Shown piece after piece: positions 1 to 11,876 of a stretch of DNA of 59,945 bases. The notes under the pieces were generated by a model. It had not been told where the DNA came from. It saw nothing but the letters and a program-made list of their open reading frames with translations, and ran no database searches. Every line of letters begins with the position of its first letter. The first letter of the stretch is position 1. This DNA comes from Girardia tigrina (Eukaryota), in assembly GCA_001938485.1 (NCBI GenBank), contig MQRK01245740.1:1-59945 (forward strand), in the 5' to 3' direction. The position numbers and the translations under genes were made by a program.

Positions 1-686
1 AATTCTGCTGATTTAAGAAATGCCAAATTACAATCTTTATAATTAACTGAGTATAATAATACAGATTCTCCTGTTTGACAGCTTGTAGTTCGATAATTAC
101 AAAATGGATGAGACTGTAAATTCTCTGTAACATCATAAAAAATTCCATCAAATTCTCTCAATTCTGTTTGATATTCTTCTGATATCATAATTTTATCTAC
201 TATTTTATTTCCCAATTTTACAGATTCTCCTTTACATTCTCCATCCGGATCCATTACTCATTTTCGAAATACAGATTCTCTTGTAATATATCCAACTTTA
301 GCAGTTAAAGTTAAAATGGAATCAATTTTTAATTGTTTAGTTTGAAATGCTGCTTCACAATTTTCTGGTAAGATATCAACTGGTCTTGGTATAGCATCTA
401 TTTTAATAAGAGAAGAGTGACTCCATNNNNNNNNNNNNNNNNNNNNNNNNNNNNNNNNNNNNNNNNNNNNNNNNNNNNNNNNNNNNNNNNNNNNNNNNNN
501 NNNNNNNNNNNNATATAAAACATTTTTCTCTTCTTTAATTTGAAATGGATAAGCTTCAGCACATTCCACGACATCCATTAATGAATATATTTTTCCCACT
601 TCTGTTTGTGAACAATCATACGCTACTAAAGACATCGTAGGAGATACACATAAGAATAAAATCAATATTAATGATAACCACCACAT
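1..686 (-). pseudogene. Env-like glycoprotein (chuvirus-like, probable class III fusogen), N-terminal part, runs off window start
   Basis: Hydrophobic signal MWWLSLILILFLCVSPTMS followed by LVAYDC...IYSLMDVVEC, WSHSS and NCE. The frame continues past a TGA at 258-260 as VMDPDGECKG...FCNYRTTSCQTG. The Cys pattern matches my recollection of chuviral-type glycoproteins; not database-checked. Confidence 0.72.
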
Positions 687-926
687 TCTCGAATTATATT
701 TAGATTTTTTACTATCATCAATTTTGTTATCTTTCAAAGATTTATCTTTTATTACTTTATTTCGAAACTTTTTACTTCTTTTTGACACACTTTTACTTAT
801 TAAATTAACATTTATATCTACATCGGATATGTTTTGATACTGCAACATATTTTCTTCCTTTTTTATTTCAACTTTTTGTAAATCATCAGTAAATTCATTA
901 AAATCATTAGTATCGTAACATTCTTC

Positions 927-1637
927 AATATAATAAACTGTTATATTATTAATTTCTTTTTCCAAACATCCATAATCATATAAATAATTTTCATCTTGTA
1001 ATTCTAAATCCAAAAGAAATAAAAGTAATGTTCCTCCAATTTTAAACATTTCTTTGACTTTTTATCTTAACGCTTTTACTTTAATTGTCCAAATTTCAGC
1101 AGTATTGATTATACCTTTCCCTAGAACTTCTATTGCCAGAAATAATCTTTGAATATCCTTACTTTTTTGTCTACTATATTGTCCAAATTTTATCAAAATT
1201 TCTTGTATTTCTTTTTTAAATATCGTTTCTTGTTGCAATTTATATATTAATACCGATCTAAGATTATTTATTACAATATCATTAATGTTTAACGTTTCTA
1301 TTTCTTTAATTATATTCTTTAACTTTTCTTCATTAACTTCATTTTTAAATCGTAATGCCAAATCTTTAATATAATTTTCAGATATATTCATTTTATTATC
1401 ATTATTTTCTAACATTATAATATCAACAGTATTAATGTTACTTGGTAATATTCCATAATCCACTAAATAATCTTCTAATTATAATTCAAAACATTTAAAA
1501 TTCATAATAAATTTATCATTTCCAATCTTTTGCACCAGCATTTCCTTCAAATGTTTAACTTTTTTAAGATGATCAATTTGAATTACTGTAAATTCTTGTC
1601 CATTAAGAGTTATAAAAATCTGAAGATTATCTGTCAT
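927..1637 (-). pseudogene. Two ubiquitin-like (beta-grasp) domains in the same frame as env
   Basis: 1637-1413 reads LQIFITLNGQEFTVIQIDHLKKVKHLKEMLVQKIGNDKFIMNFKCFEL*LEDYLVDYGILPSNINTVDII. 1150-927 reads LFLAIEVLGKG..IKVKALR*KVKEMFKIGGTLLLFLLDLELQDENYLYDYG..ITVYY. Both resemble ubiquitin MQIFV..VKAKI..LEDGRTLSDYNI. In-frame TAA at 1479-1481 and 1062-1064. Confidence 0.6.
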
Positions 1638-1941
1638 AGGCATTTTCTAAATTGTTCTCCTAAAAATTTCAAAAATGTTTTTATTTCACGATTTATCGTT
1701 TTATTATCTTCTAAATAATTTTCTACCAACTTTATAAAATGTTCAGTTTGATCATTTTGTAAATTTAATTCAATAATTTCTTTAATATTTTTACGTATTT
1801 TACCATTTAAATCTTTATTCATTTCCATTTCATTTATTAATTTATTCATATATATTCTCGATTTATCTAATTTAACATCATCAATTTTATCAGAAACACT
1901 TTGAACTTTACTTTCAATTTTACTATTATTTTCATTTTGTT

Positions 1942-3291
1942 TCAATTTATTTTTATTTTTATCTTTCGATGTTGATAGCATCTGTACACTCGGATCAGTT
2001 TTATTAATTCTTCGATCAAATACATTCGATCAAATTTTGTTCTTAATTCATTAAAATCTGTTTTCATAGAATCATTGGAACCTTCATCCTCAGATGACAA
2101 GCAGTTTATATCAGATTGATTATCTTTGAATTTAATTTTCTTTTTCAAAATTGATGGTGATGGTATTTGCGTATTTGATCTACATGATCTGGCGACATGA
2201 CCATATTTTTTACATTTTTCGCACTGTATTTGACCTTCACTATTAAGTTTGGCTCTCTGTGGAGTAGGAGTTAAAGATCTGTTTCTAGTCATATCTGTTC
2301 TACATACATTTGCTAAATGACCTCTTTTTCCACATTTAAAGCATGTTTTAACAGGTGAATTTCGATTATTATTTGTATAATTTTTGAACCAACATTGACT
2401 ACTGACATGATCAATTTTGTTACAGTTATAACATTGAGGTTTTCTTGTATAATTATTTGACTCTCTAGTGTCGTTAAATCTCGTTGATCTTGAAAAATTC
2501 GGACTTCTCGAATAATTTGAGTTTTGATTATTATTATTTCTAACTCTAAAATATTGATTTTGTCTTGGATTTTCATTTTGTGGTCTGTATCTTTGCATTT
2601 TTGGAGATGTATGACTTTGAAAATCTTCGTCAGTATCACTGTTGTGTGAATATGACTTCTGTTTATGTCTTTCTATTTGTTTTAATTCAGTTACACATAC
2701 TGGTCGAATAGGAGCTACAGTAGTATTCATTTCTATTTTCATAGCCTTTTTTACCAGGTCATCATAATTTGTATAATCAACAAAACAAAGTGCTGTTCTT
2801 ATGTTATTTTGAACTCCAGCCCAGAACTGATCTTCAACTATCTTTTTAGTTTGTTCAGTCTAATTTCTCTTTTCTCCAAACGCTTTTTCCGCAAGTCTAG
2901 ATAAATAAAAAGCGAATTCACCAACTGATTTCTCCGCATTTTGAATTCGAGAATAAAACTTTTTCCGTATGATTCTACCAACATCGCCACTTATTAATTT
3001 TTCAGCCATTAAATCTTTCATATTTGCCCAAGTTTCAACTCCATTTCTATCNNNNNNNNNNNNNNNNNNNNNNNNNNCACCTTTTAAATATAACGGTAAT
3101 CTTTGAATCATTATTCTTTCGGCCCATCCATACGCTGTAGCAAACATAAAATATTCTGTCATAAAATCTACAAATTCAACGGGATCTCCTCCATACTGAT
3201 TTACAGGTAACTTTTGACAAATATCAAAATCTATATTATTTTCTCTATTTTCTGCCACCGTTTCTTTTTTAACTTTTCTACGATTTCTCAA
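1942..3291 (-). pseudogene. Retrotransposon Gag with three CCHC zinc knuckles
   Basis: ORFs 2860-3291 and 1942-2742 are one frame joined across a single TAG (2860-2862). Capsid-like YGGDPVEFVDF..LPLYLKG..TW..MKD..FYSRIQ..SVGEF; knuckles CYNCNKIDHVSSQC, CFKCGKRGHLANVC, CEKCKKYGHVARSC. Confidence 0.88.
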
Positions 3292-3683
3292 AGGATAATT
3301 AGACGTTTTGATACTTTTTTCGTAATTTCAATTATTAAAAATATACTCTTTTTTCGTTTCAAGAACAGAGGGCTCATCAAATATATTTATGTTGGGTATT
3401 ATTTAAAATTTATCTTTAATTCAATTATTCACTTTTTAAAATACAAATCTTAAATCTTTATCTTTAATCGTAAATCTCTATTCTTTATTCTTTAATCAAT
3501 AATCTTTAATCAATAATTCTTAATCAATAATCTTTAATCTGACTCCAATTAATCAGAAAGGACTTCCAACAAAAATATATGAATAATGAACACCAATTCT
3601 TTTACCAAACTTTATTTCAAATAACAAATTTCAACAAGTCACAAATAATAATAATAATTCAATTCTTGATGACAGAATACAAA

Positions 3684-4063
3684 TGTTAGAATTTATGGGA
3701 ACACCACTCGGAGAACAAATATCCATCACTAAATTATATTTATTAATCACACTTAATTATCGGATATTGAAAAATTGATTGATGGCGTTGATCTTCTGAT
3801 AATTCCAATTTCCACTCTGATTTTCAAATCCACCGAAAATTCTGCCAATTATTAAAACAATTTGTTTTTTTTATTTAATTTACATTTAACTTATATTTAA
3901 TAAATTTATTTAATTATTTCTTAAAAAAATTGAGGAACTAAATTACTAAAGATTTATTTTTTTTGTTAAACCGGTATTTTATAAAATTATATTTAATTAA
4001 CTAATTTAACTTAATTTCGATTTTCTATTTCAAAAATTTTCCGTTTACTATTAATTCCTAACA
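3684..4063 (-). repeat. 3' LTR of the gypsy element
   Basis: Near-identical to 9193-9576 (about 5 substitutions plus homopolymer length differences, counted by eye); TG...CA termini. Confidence 0.95.
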
Positions 4064-4078
4064 TTCCCCCCTTTCTTT
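4064..4078 (-). other. Polypurine tract
   Basis: Minus strand AAAGAAAGGGGGGAA immediately precedes the 3' LTR. Confidence 0.9.
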
Positions 4079-7000
4079 AAAATTTTTGATCTTCTCCACA
4101 TTTCGTACTATTTGTTTTTTATTTTCGTCCTCTAATCGATAACTTCTGTCGNNNNNNNNNNNNNNNNNNNNNNNNNNNNNNNNNTATTTGTCATCCGCTT
4201 TAGTCCTTATCTCCTTCTTCACCCATACTTTGTCTCCGATATTAAATGAGCGGCGTGTAGTTGTTTCCGTATATTCCTTTTTCTCCCATGACGGTGAATT
4301 ATTGTTGCTATATCATTTTTGTCTGTCAATCTTCCTTCCGAAAATTATCTTCGCCGGGCTTTTCCCCAATGTTTTCTGTCTTGTCGCGTTCAATGTAAAT
4401 TCCACCTCAGGTAACATGTCTACCCAACTCGTTTCGTTCCTTTCTTTGAGGCTCGCTTGAATATATTCCCTGATTGTACGGAATTGTCNNNNNNNNNNNN
4501 NNNNNNNNNNNNNNNNNNNNNNNNNNNNNNNNNNNNNNNNNNNNNNNNNNNNNNNNNNNNNNNNNNNNNNNNNNNNNNNNNNNNNNNNNNNNNNNNNNNN
4601 NNNNNNNNNNNNNNNNNNNNNNNNNNNNNNNNNNNNNNNNNNNNNNNNNNNNNNNNNNNNNNNNNNNNNNNNNNNNNNNNNNNNNNNNNNNNNNNNNNNN
4701 NNNNNNNNNNNNNNNNNNNNNNNNNNNNNNNNNNNNNNNNNNNNNNNNNNNNNNNNNNNNNNNNNNNNNNNNNNNNNNNNNNNNNNNNNNNNNNNNNNNN
4801 NNNNNNNNNNNNNNNNNNNNNNNNNNNNNNNNNNNNNNNNNNNNNNNNNNNNNNNNNNNNNNNNNNNNNNNNNNNNNNNNNNNNNNNNNNNNNNNNNNNN
4901 NNNNNNNNNNNNNNNNNNNNNNNNNNNNNNNNNNNNNNNNNNNNNNNNNNNNNNNNNNNNNNNNNNNNNNNNNNNNNNNNNNCTTGTCTTCGGTTTTTCT
5001 ACTTTTGCATCCTCATGTGTCATTTGACACTGTGCACAAGTTTCACATGTACTCCTCGATAACATGTCAGCATTTCCATGTAGTTTCCCTTTCCGGTAAA
5101 CAAGTTCTATATCTAGACTGCTCAGGTAATTTATCCACGTTTGGAACTGTGGGGTGATAGGTTTTTTCGTATTTACCATGAATGTGATGGCTTTATGATC
5201 CGTCCTTAATTTAAACCTTTTCCCATAGAGGTAATGATTAAAATGTTGGCAGAAATAATATACTGCCAATAACTCCTTCCTCGTGATACAATACCCTTTT
5301 TCATGGTCCCCCATGGAATGCGATCCATATGCTATTACTTGTTCTTTTCCCGTATCTCCCACTTGTGACAAGACTGCCCCGATACTGTCAAAGCTAGCAT
5401 CCGTGTCTAAAATGAATGGTTTCCGAAAATCAGGGAATTTTAGCACTGGTGTTGACATGAGTGCTTGTTTCAACTCATTGAAAGCTTGTTCACAGCCGTC
5501 TGTCCATATCAACTTATCCTTCTTCGCCCCGCATAATCCTTCCAGTATCTTGGCTTTCCTAGAATACCCGGAGATGAATTTCCTATAATAATTGCATATT
5601 CCTAAGAAACTCCTCAGCCTCTTCATACAATTTGGTCTCTGAAATTCATCGATAGCTTTTATTTTGTCTGGATCTGTGCTTATGCCATCTTTATTTACCA
5701 CATGTCCTAAAAACTTAACCTCTTCCCTCAAGAATTTGCATTTCGCCGGTTTTATTTTCAAACCTGCCTCTTTAATTTGTTGACAAACTCTGGTTAATAT
5801 GTCATAGTGTTCTTCCTCTGTCTTTGTGGCTATCAAGATATCATCTAGGTAGACGGAAGTTCCCTTATCAATCGGTGCCAGTACTTTCGTCATCAGCTCT
5901 TGAAATGTACCTGGTGCCGCAGCAATCCCAAACGGCATTCTTAGGAAGCAAAACTGACCGTTTTTCGTCGAAAAAGCTGTCTTATCCTGTTATTCCTTCT
6001 CCAACTCCACTTGATAATAAGCGTTCCCTAGGTCAATTATGCTGAAATATCGAGTTCTATGTAGTCTATCTATCAGCTCGTCCATATTGGGCATTGGAAA
6101 GGCTTGTCTCTCTGACACTTGGTTTAGTTGTCTAAAATCCATACAGATCCTGATCTAATCTGTATCTTTCTTCCATACGTACACAAGTGGCGTGTTCCAA
6201 GGTGAATTACAACGGCGAATAATTCCGTTTTCCTCTAAGTTCTTGATAGCCTCCTCTAATTTCCCTTGAAGATGTTCCGGTTGTCTCCGTGGTTTTATAT
6301 TTACTGGTTTGCACGTAGTTTTTATTTCATGCTTTATCAAACTGGTTTTACCTATGTCCCACTCGTTGGTCATGAATATATCCTTAAACTTCACCACTAA
6401 GCCTTCTTGTTTCTGTTTCCCAGATAAATCTAGATGTTTTCTCACCTCCTTTAATCGTTCTTCATCTGTAACTTTGCCTCCAAACTTAGCTTCCAGTTCA
6501 TACACGTGGTGTATCCTCTTGAATTCTTCTTTCTCTGTGTTTGATAACCACCTCAACCCTATCCCAAAACTCTGTTGCAACGGCACGCCTCCGATCATAT
6601 AGGGTTTTAAATTTTCCACTGCCACGAACTTAACTTTCCTTATACATTTACCTACTTTACATTCGACATCTACTTCTCCTACAACATTCATTGCTGACCC
6701 GTTTGCTGCCGTCAATTTCTGAGTAGTCCTATAGATTGTTGCTGACTTTAAAAGCCTTGCCCTCTCAGCTGCTATAACATTCATCGCCGCCTCCGTGTCC
6801 AACAAACATTCCAAACCTATTCCTTCTACTTCCACCGTTATGCTTGGTCTCCCTTGGAGTTTATTATACGAAATATCTTCGTGTACATCATATATTGACA
6901 TCATCTCTGGTGGTCCCCTATTACTCTCTTCTCCCAAGCATTTCATCCATCTGGCCGTCGTTTCAGCTAACCCTTCATATTCATAAATATTATTTCTCTT

Positions 7001-7124
7001 CTTTTTACTATTTGTCAACTCTCCTTTATCCTCGTCTATCTCATCTCCCCAAAATACATCTTCCTGAGTCTCTGTTCTCCTCCTGTTACAATTCGAAACT
7101 ACAATACCTTTACTCGACAATCTA
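4064..7124 (-). pseudogene. pol: Gypsy Pol (protease, RT, RNase H, integrase)
   Basis: Protease LLDTEAAMNVI; RT SPWNTP, MPFGIAAAPGTFQ, YLDD; RNase H LDTDAS..KELLAV..TDHKA..NADMLSR; integrase C-terminus SWVDMLPEVEF..SPAKIIFGR and FNIGDKVWVK. The integrase core lies in an N gap. In-frame stops at 6155, about 5990 and 4313. Confidence 0.93.
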
Positions 7125-8141
7125 CTGTTAAGTTTTATTTTATTATCATTATTATTATTATTAATCGAAAAAAATTACTACTTTTATAATTAATACTTTT
7201 ATAATTACTACTTTTATGATTACTAATATTATAATTATCACACATTATTTACATAAACCGGTTTAACATTAATAAAACTTACGCCATCGCCAAGATCGGT
7301 TCCTCTGCGACTTGGCGACTCTCGTTTTTTCTTTCGTACTCTCGATCTCTTTCTTCCTCANNNNNNNNNNNNNNNNNNNNNNNNNNNNNNNNNNNNNNNN
7401 NNNNNNNNNNTTAACTTTCCTTATACATTTACCTACTTTACATTCGACATCTACTTCTCCTACAACATTCATTGCTGACCCGTTTGCTGCCGTCAATTTC
7501 TGAGTAGTCCTATAGATTGTTGCTGACTTTAAAAGCCTTGCCCTCTCAGCTGCTATAACATTCATCGCCGCCTCCGTGTCCAACAAACATTCCAAACCTA
7601 TTCCTTCTACTTCCACCGTTATGCTTGGTCTCCCTTGGAGTTTATTATACGAAATATCTTCGTGTACATCATATATTGACATCATCTCTGGTGGTCCCCT
7701 ATTACTCTCTTCTCCCAAGCATTTCATCCATCTGGCCGTCGTTTCAGCTAACCCTTCATATTCATAAATATTATTTCTCTTCTTTTTACTATTTNNNNNN
7801 NNNNNNNNNNNNNNNNNNNNNNNNNNNNNNNNNNNNNNNNNNNNNNNNNNNNNNNNNNNNNNNNNNNNNNNNNNNNAAACTACAATACCTTTACTCGACA
7901 ATCTACTGTTAAGTTTTATTTTATTATCATTATTATTATTATTAATCGAAAAAAATTACTACTTTTATAATTAATACTTTTATAATTACTACTTTTATGA
8001 TTACTAATATTATAATTATCACACATTATTTACATAAACCGGTTTAACATTAATAAAACTTACGCCATCGCCAAGATCGGTTCCTCTGCGACTTGGCGAC
8101 TCTCGTTTTTTCTTTCGTACTCTCGATCTCTTTCTTCCTCA
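6630..8141. repeat. ~730 bp direct duplication (offset 781) around a 50-N gap; probable assembly overlap
   Basis: 6630-7360 matches 7411-8141 wherever bases are called; the copies are separated exactly by the N gap 7361-7410. Confidence 0.8.
7906..8063 (-). other. Putative spliceosomal intron between gag and pol (duplicate copy at 7125-7282)
   Basis: Minus strand ATG GC|GTAAGT...AAAACTTAACAG|T AGA TTG TCG AGT. 158 nt and very AT-rich relative to its flanks. Removal deletes the gag TAA and gives an in-frame LAMARLSSKGIVV fusion. Confidence 0.75.
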
Positions 8142-9192
8142 GCTGCCAATTGTCGGCCTCTCACAATCCCTGGGTAATAATCTTCCGATTCCCGGATCGA
8201 TCTCACATCCTCATCCGCTCAGTCCATTATTGCTACATGTCTCTTGTTAGTCTTTCCCCTGATGGAGTCACTCGAAGATTGGTTCGTTTTTCCACTCAGA
8301 TTCCCCAGTCTCGAATTTCTGTTCGAGTTGATCCACCATCTCGGTCTCTCCCCATCTCGTTCTAGGCTTCCACCCCTTGTCGTATCAAAATAGGTCTCGT
8401 GTCTCACTTTTGAAAAACAATCGTCCGCGTAGTGACCTGTTTTGTCACATCTTGTGCATCTGATCCGGCATTCCCGTCGTATATGACCTTTCCGGCCACA
8501 TCCGAAGCAGGTAACATCTCTCTGTTTCTGACATTGCATGCTGATATGACCCACTTCATGGCAGTTCCAGCAGGTCCGTTGTTCACCATATGTCAGTTTC
8601 TCCGAAAACTTTTTATCCTTTGGTTGGTGGTTCCATTTTGTAATATTGGCATATGATGCTTTCACCGCGTTGATCTGTTTCCGATCCGATTTGACTTCGT
8701 CCATTTTTTTAATGATTTGTTGAATGTCTTCTTTGCCTTTGATATCCCTCATCATAATCTCTTTCCGAGTCTCCTCGTCATTGTTGCAATTTAATAATAA
8801 ACATTTCTCGATTTCCTCGATAGTCCACTGAAAGGACATGATTTTCTCCGCCATTTTTCTGGTTTTCGCGAAAAACTCCGTCGTACTCTCTGTTGTCCTT
8901 TTGAATTCCACCGCTTCTCTTAGGACTTCAATTTGTGACTTCTTCACCTGGAGCGCTTCCCGTAGTCTGTTTTCGAAACCTTTTTCGGCAGGTCTCGTAT
9001 TTTCATACACTGCAATCAAATCTCGTGATAGTAGTGTCACTACCAGAGTTTCTTTCAGACTATCTGGGACTCCTGCTGCCTTGAAATATCGATTACAGTT
9101 CGAGATAAAAATTTCCAAATCATCATCTTTCTTCAAGTGTTCCGGAATCAGCCGCGAAATCAAGTGGTCCGAATTCGTGGCGAAGGCCGCCA
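8060..9192 (-). pseudogene. gag: Gypsy Gag with three CCHC knuckles
   Basis: Starts MAAFATNSDHL at the LTR junction. Knuckles CWNCHEVGHISMQC, CFGCGRKGHIRREC, CTRCDKTGHYADDC. Premature TGA at 8219, after which the frame stays open to TAA at 8060-8062. Confidence 0.88.
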
Positions 9193-9576
9193 TGTTAGAA
9201 TTTGTGAGAACACCACTCGGAGAACAAATATCCATCACTAAATTATATTTATTAATCACACTTAATTATTGGATATTGAAAAATTGATTGATGGCGTTGA
9301 TCTTCTGATAATTCCAATTTCCACTCTGATTTTCAAATCCCCCGAAAATTCTGCCAATTATTAAAACAATTTGTTTTTTTTTTATTTAATTTACATTTAA
9401 CTTATATTTAATAAATTTATTTAATTATTTCTTAAAAAAAATTGAGGAACTAAATTACTAAAGATTTATTTTTTTTTGTTAAACCGGTATTTTATAAAAT
9501 TATATTTAATTAACTAATTTAACTTAATTTCGATTGTCTATTTCAAAAATTTTCCGTTTACTATTAATTCCTAACA
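9193..9576 (-). repeat. 5' LTR of the gypsy element, followed by PBS-like TGGCGGCCTTCGCCA
   Basis: Direct repeat of 3684-4063; TGG directly follows the CA end on the minus strand. Confidence 0.95.
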
Positions 9577-10864
9577 ACAAACACAATCAATATTTCGTGC
9601 GAGTTAACAGATTACAGTAAAACTGTGAATCTCCAAAGTCGAACGATGATTTGATTAGAAACTCAAAGATTTTAAAACAAACCTTCTTCTCCCATACGGG
9701 GTACTTATGGTTTGTAAGATTAATATTTTAATAAAATAAAANNNNNNNNNNNNNNNNNNNNNNNNNNNNNNNNNNNNNNNNNNNNNNNNNNNNNNNNNNN
9801 NNNNNNNNNNNNNNNNNNNNNNNNNNNNNNCTGTTGTTTATATAGTAATTTTCCTCAGCCTTGAAAATTGATGAGATAAAACAAAGAGTAAAATATTTAT
9901 AATTTTTGATGAAGTAAAACAAACATTTATAATTTTTAATTCCAACTAAATATTATTTTGTTTGAAATTAATAATTTTACTAAAAGAATTATTTAAAAAT
10001 TTTCCTTTATAAAATTTTATCAAAAGTGTTCAAATGTATTTTCTAAAACCCTAACACATTCTCGTAGACAGGTACAAGTTCATGAGAAAGCAATCCAATT
10101 ATCAAATAATAATATGAAATAATTATGTATAAATATATATATGTTATTTTCTTCAATTTTGTATAAATCTTATTTTGTTTCTGTTTTATTAATTTTTTTA
10201 CAATGTTTATAAATTTAGATCTTTAGAAATATTTTAATGTACATATCCTCTAAAAAATTCAATTCCTAAATAACTTTCTTTAATTTTAAATCATTCCATT
10301 TTAAATTATTTTTTTAATAAAACTTTCCTTGAACAATAAAGATTATAATTTTATTTTAAATAATGTTACAAAATATATCAAAATCTTCTTTACAATATTC
10401 TTTAACTTCGAAGATGATATTTTAATTGTGAATTTTTAAAACTTAATTTTTACAAAACTTTGTCTCAATTTAATTAAAATATTATTACTACTCTAAAATT
10501 TTTACAAAACTTATTTCATTTTAATTAGTAATATACTATCTGTGAAATATAATTTTTACAAAAATTATTTCAATTTAATTGGTAGAAATGTTACCTATAA
10601 AATATATTTTTTATAAAATCTTATTTATTTTAATTAGTAAAAAATATTATCTATAAACTTAAATTTTTTTATTTAAAAGATTATTTCATTTTAATTAGTC
10701 GAACATTATTTTTAATTTATCTAAAATATAAATATGTTTTTAACTTGAAAATATCAAAAATTTAAAGTTCACCAAAAGGAACCCTAGCAATGATGATAAA
10801 GATCTTCGATTAAGAAGCATAATACCTTCTAAATAAACTATAATTTATAAAGTATTCACAAATA

Positions 10865-11163
10865 TATATACTACTAAAATATAGACAAAATTAATAACGT
10901 CATGAAAAGTATAAAAAGATTATATAAGTAATCGAAATTTTTTCTTCTTAAGCTGAGTGTAATTCACATCCAAATTTAATTTTCAATATTATTATCAAAA
11001 ATACTTAATGGAGTGATAAGGGAAAATAATTTTATTGCGAAAACCTTTTCGATAGTGTATCTAATACAAGTTATGTAATATCGTTTACAAATATATGACC
11101 GATGGTCAAAAGGAATAAAATATTGTGAACCCGAGAAAGAACTTTGAGCTCTCTCTTTAGTTG
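10865..11163. repeat. Partial copy of the USP-flanking cassette
   Basis: Closely matches 28803-29100 and shares its left boundary tatactactaaaatatagac. Confidence 0.85.
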
Positions 11164-11581
11164 TGTTGGGTATTCGAAAATATTTTTGTTAATCAAGCTT
11201 TCAAATATAATTGTCTGACTCCTTTTCAAATGGTTCTTCCAACGTTGTAATGAATATATTAATTCGATTAACCCTCTCTTGAGGTTTCAATTCAAATGAA
11301 TCTCGTCGGAAATTAGTTTTCAAATATTATTAATAGTAATAAGTCAAAGGAATTCTGTTTAAAAACTTTATTCAATTGAATCACAAAATTCTTCCGAATA
11401 GTACAACGTATAAATAACTATGGAGGATTCCAAAATATTTTGTATATCTTCTCCTATTAAAAATTTCGTTTATTATTTTTTTGCGTTAAAATTCTTCATG
11501 TTTTGGGATATTTATACCCGTTTTGATTATAAAAAAACTAAATATTTTAATAAAAAATAGTTAAATTTAAATTATAAAATA

Positions 11582-11840
11582 AAATTTTAAATTTTAAAAC
11601 TTTAATTTAAATTTATAACAAAAATAAAATTTACATATAAATGTAAATTTGTTTATTCGGGCTTAATTGCCCATTTTGATTTTTAAATAAAAATATTGGG
11701 AATAATTGCTCACATCATTTTTTTAATGTTGGGTAAGAAATTATTTTTTGTTTTTTTTAATATTATATTATATATATANNNNNNNNNNNNNNNNNNNNNN
11801 NNNNNNNNNNNNNNNNNNNNNNNNNNNNNNNNNNNNNNNN

Positions 11841-11876
<36 letters not shown>

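Larger units (their letters stand above)
3684..9576 (-). mobile_element. Full-length Ty3/gypsy LTR retrotransposon (inactivated by several stops)
   Basis: Two ~380 bp direct repeats with TGTTAG...CTAACA ends; 5-bp TSD ACAAA at 3679-3683 and 9577-9581; domain order gag-PR-RT-RH-IN; PPT and PBS-like TGG adjacent to the LTRs. Confidence 0.96.

Noticed and set aside
4457-5157. Long plus-strand ORFs here and at 45224-45853
   Set aside because: Composed mostly of N-gap X residues, antisense to real genes.
7126-7268. Solo LTR or MITE with TGTTAA...TTAACA ends
   Set aside because: No TSD, and the slightly larger GT-AG boundaries restore the gag-pol frame exactly.
6630-8141. Tandem duplication of the protease/intron region as real biology
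   Set aside because: The copies look identical and meet exactly at a 50-N gap, typical of unmerged contig overlap.
1-9192. Alternative genetic code or programmed readthrough explaining in-frame stops
   Set aside because: All three stop types occur alongside frameshifts, and intact genes (USP, BTB) read in the standard code; ordinary decay is simpler.
9690-9740. 5' LTR/PBS of the gag-env element
   Set aside because: TGTAAG at 9713 is suggestive, but there is no canonical TGG PBS, an N gap follows, and the partner LTR is outside the window.
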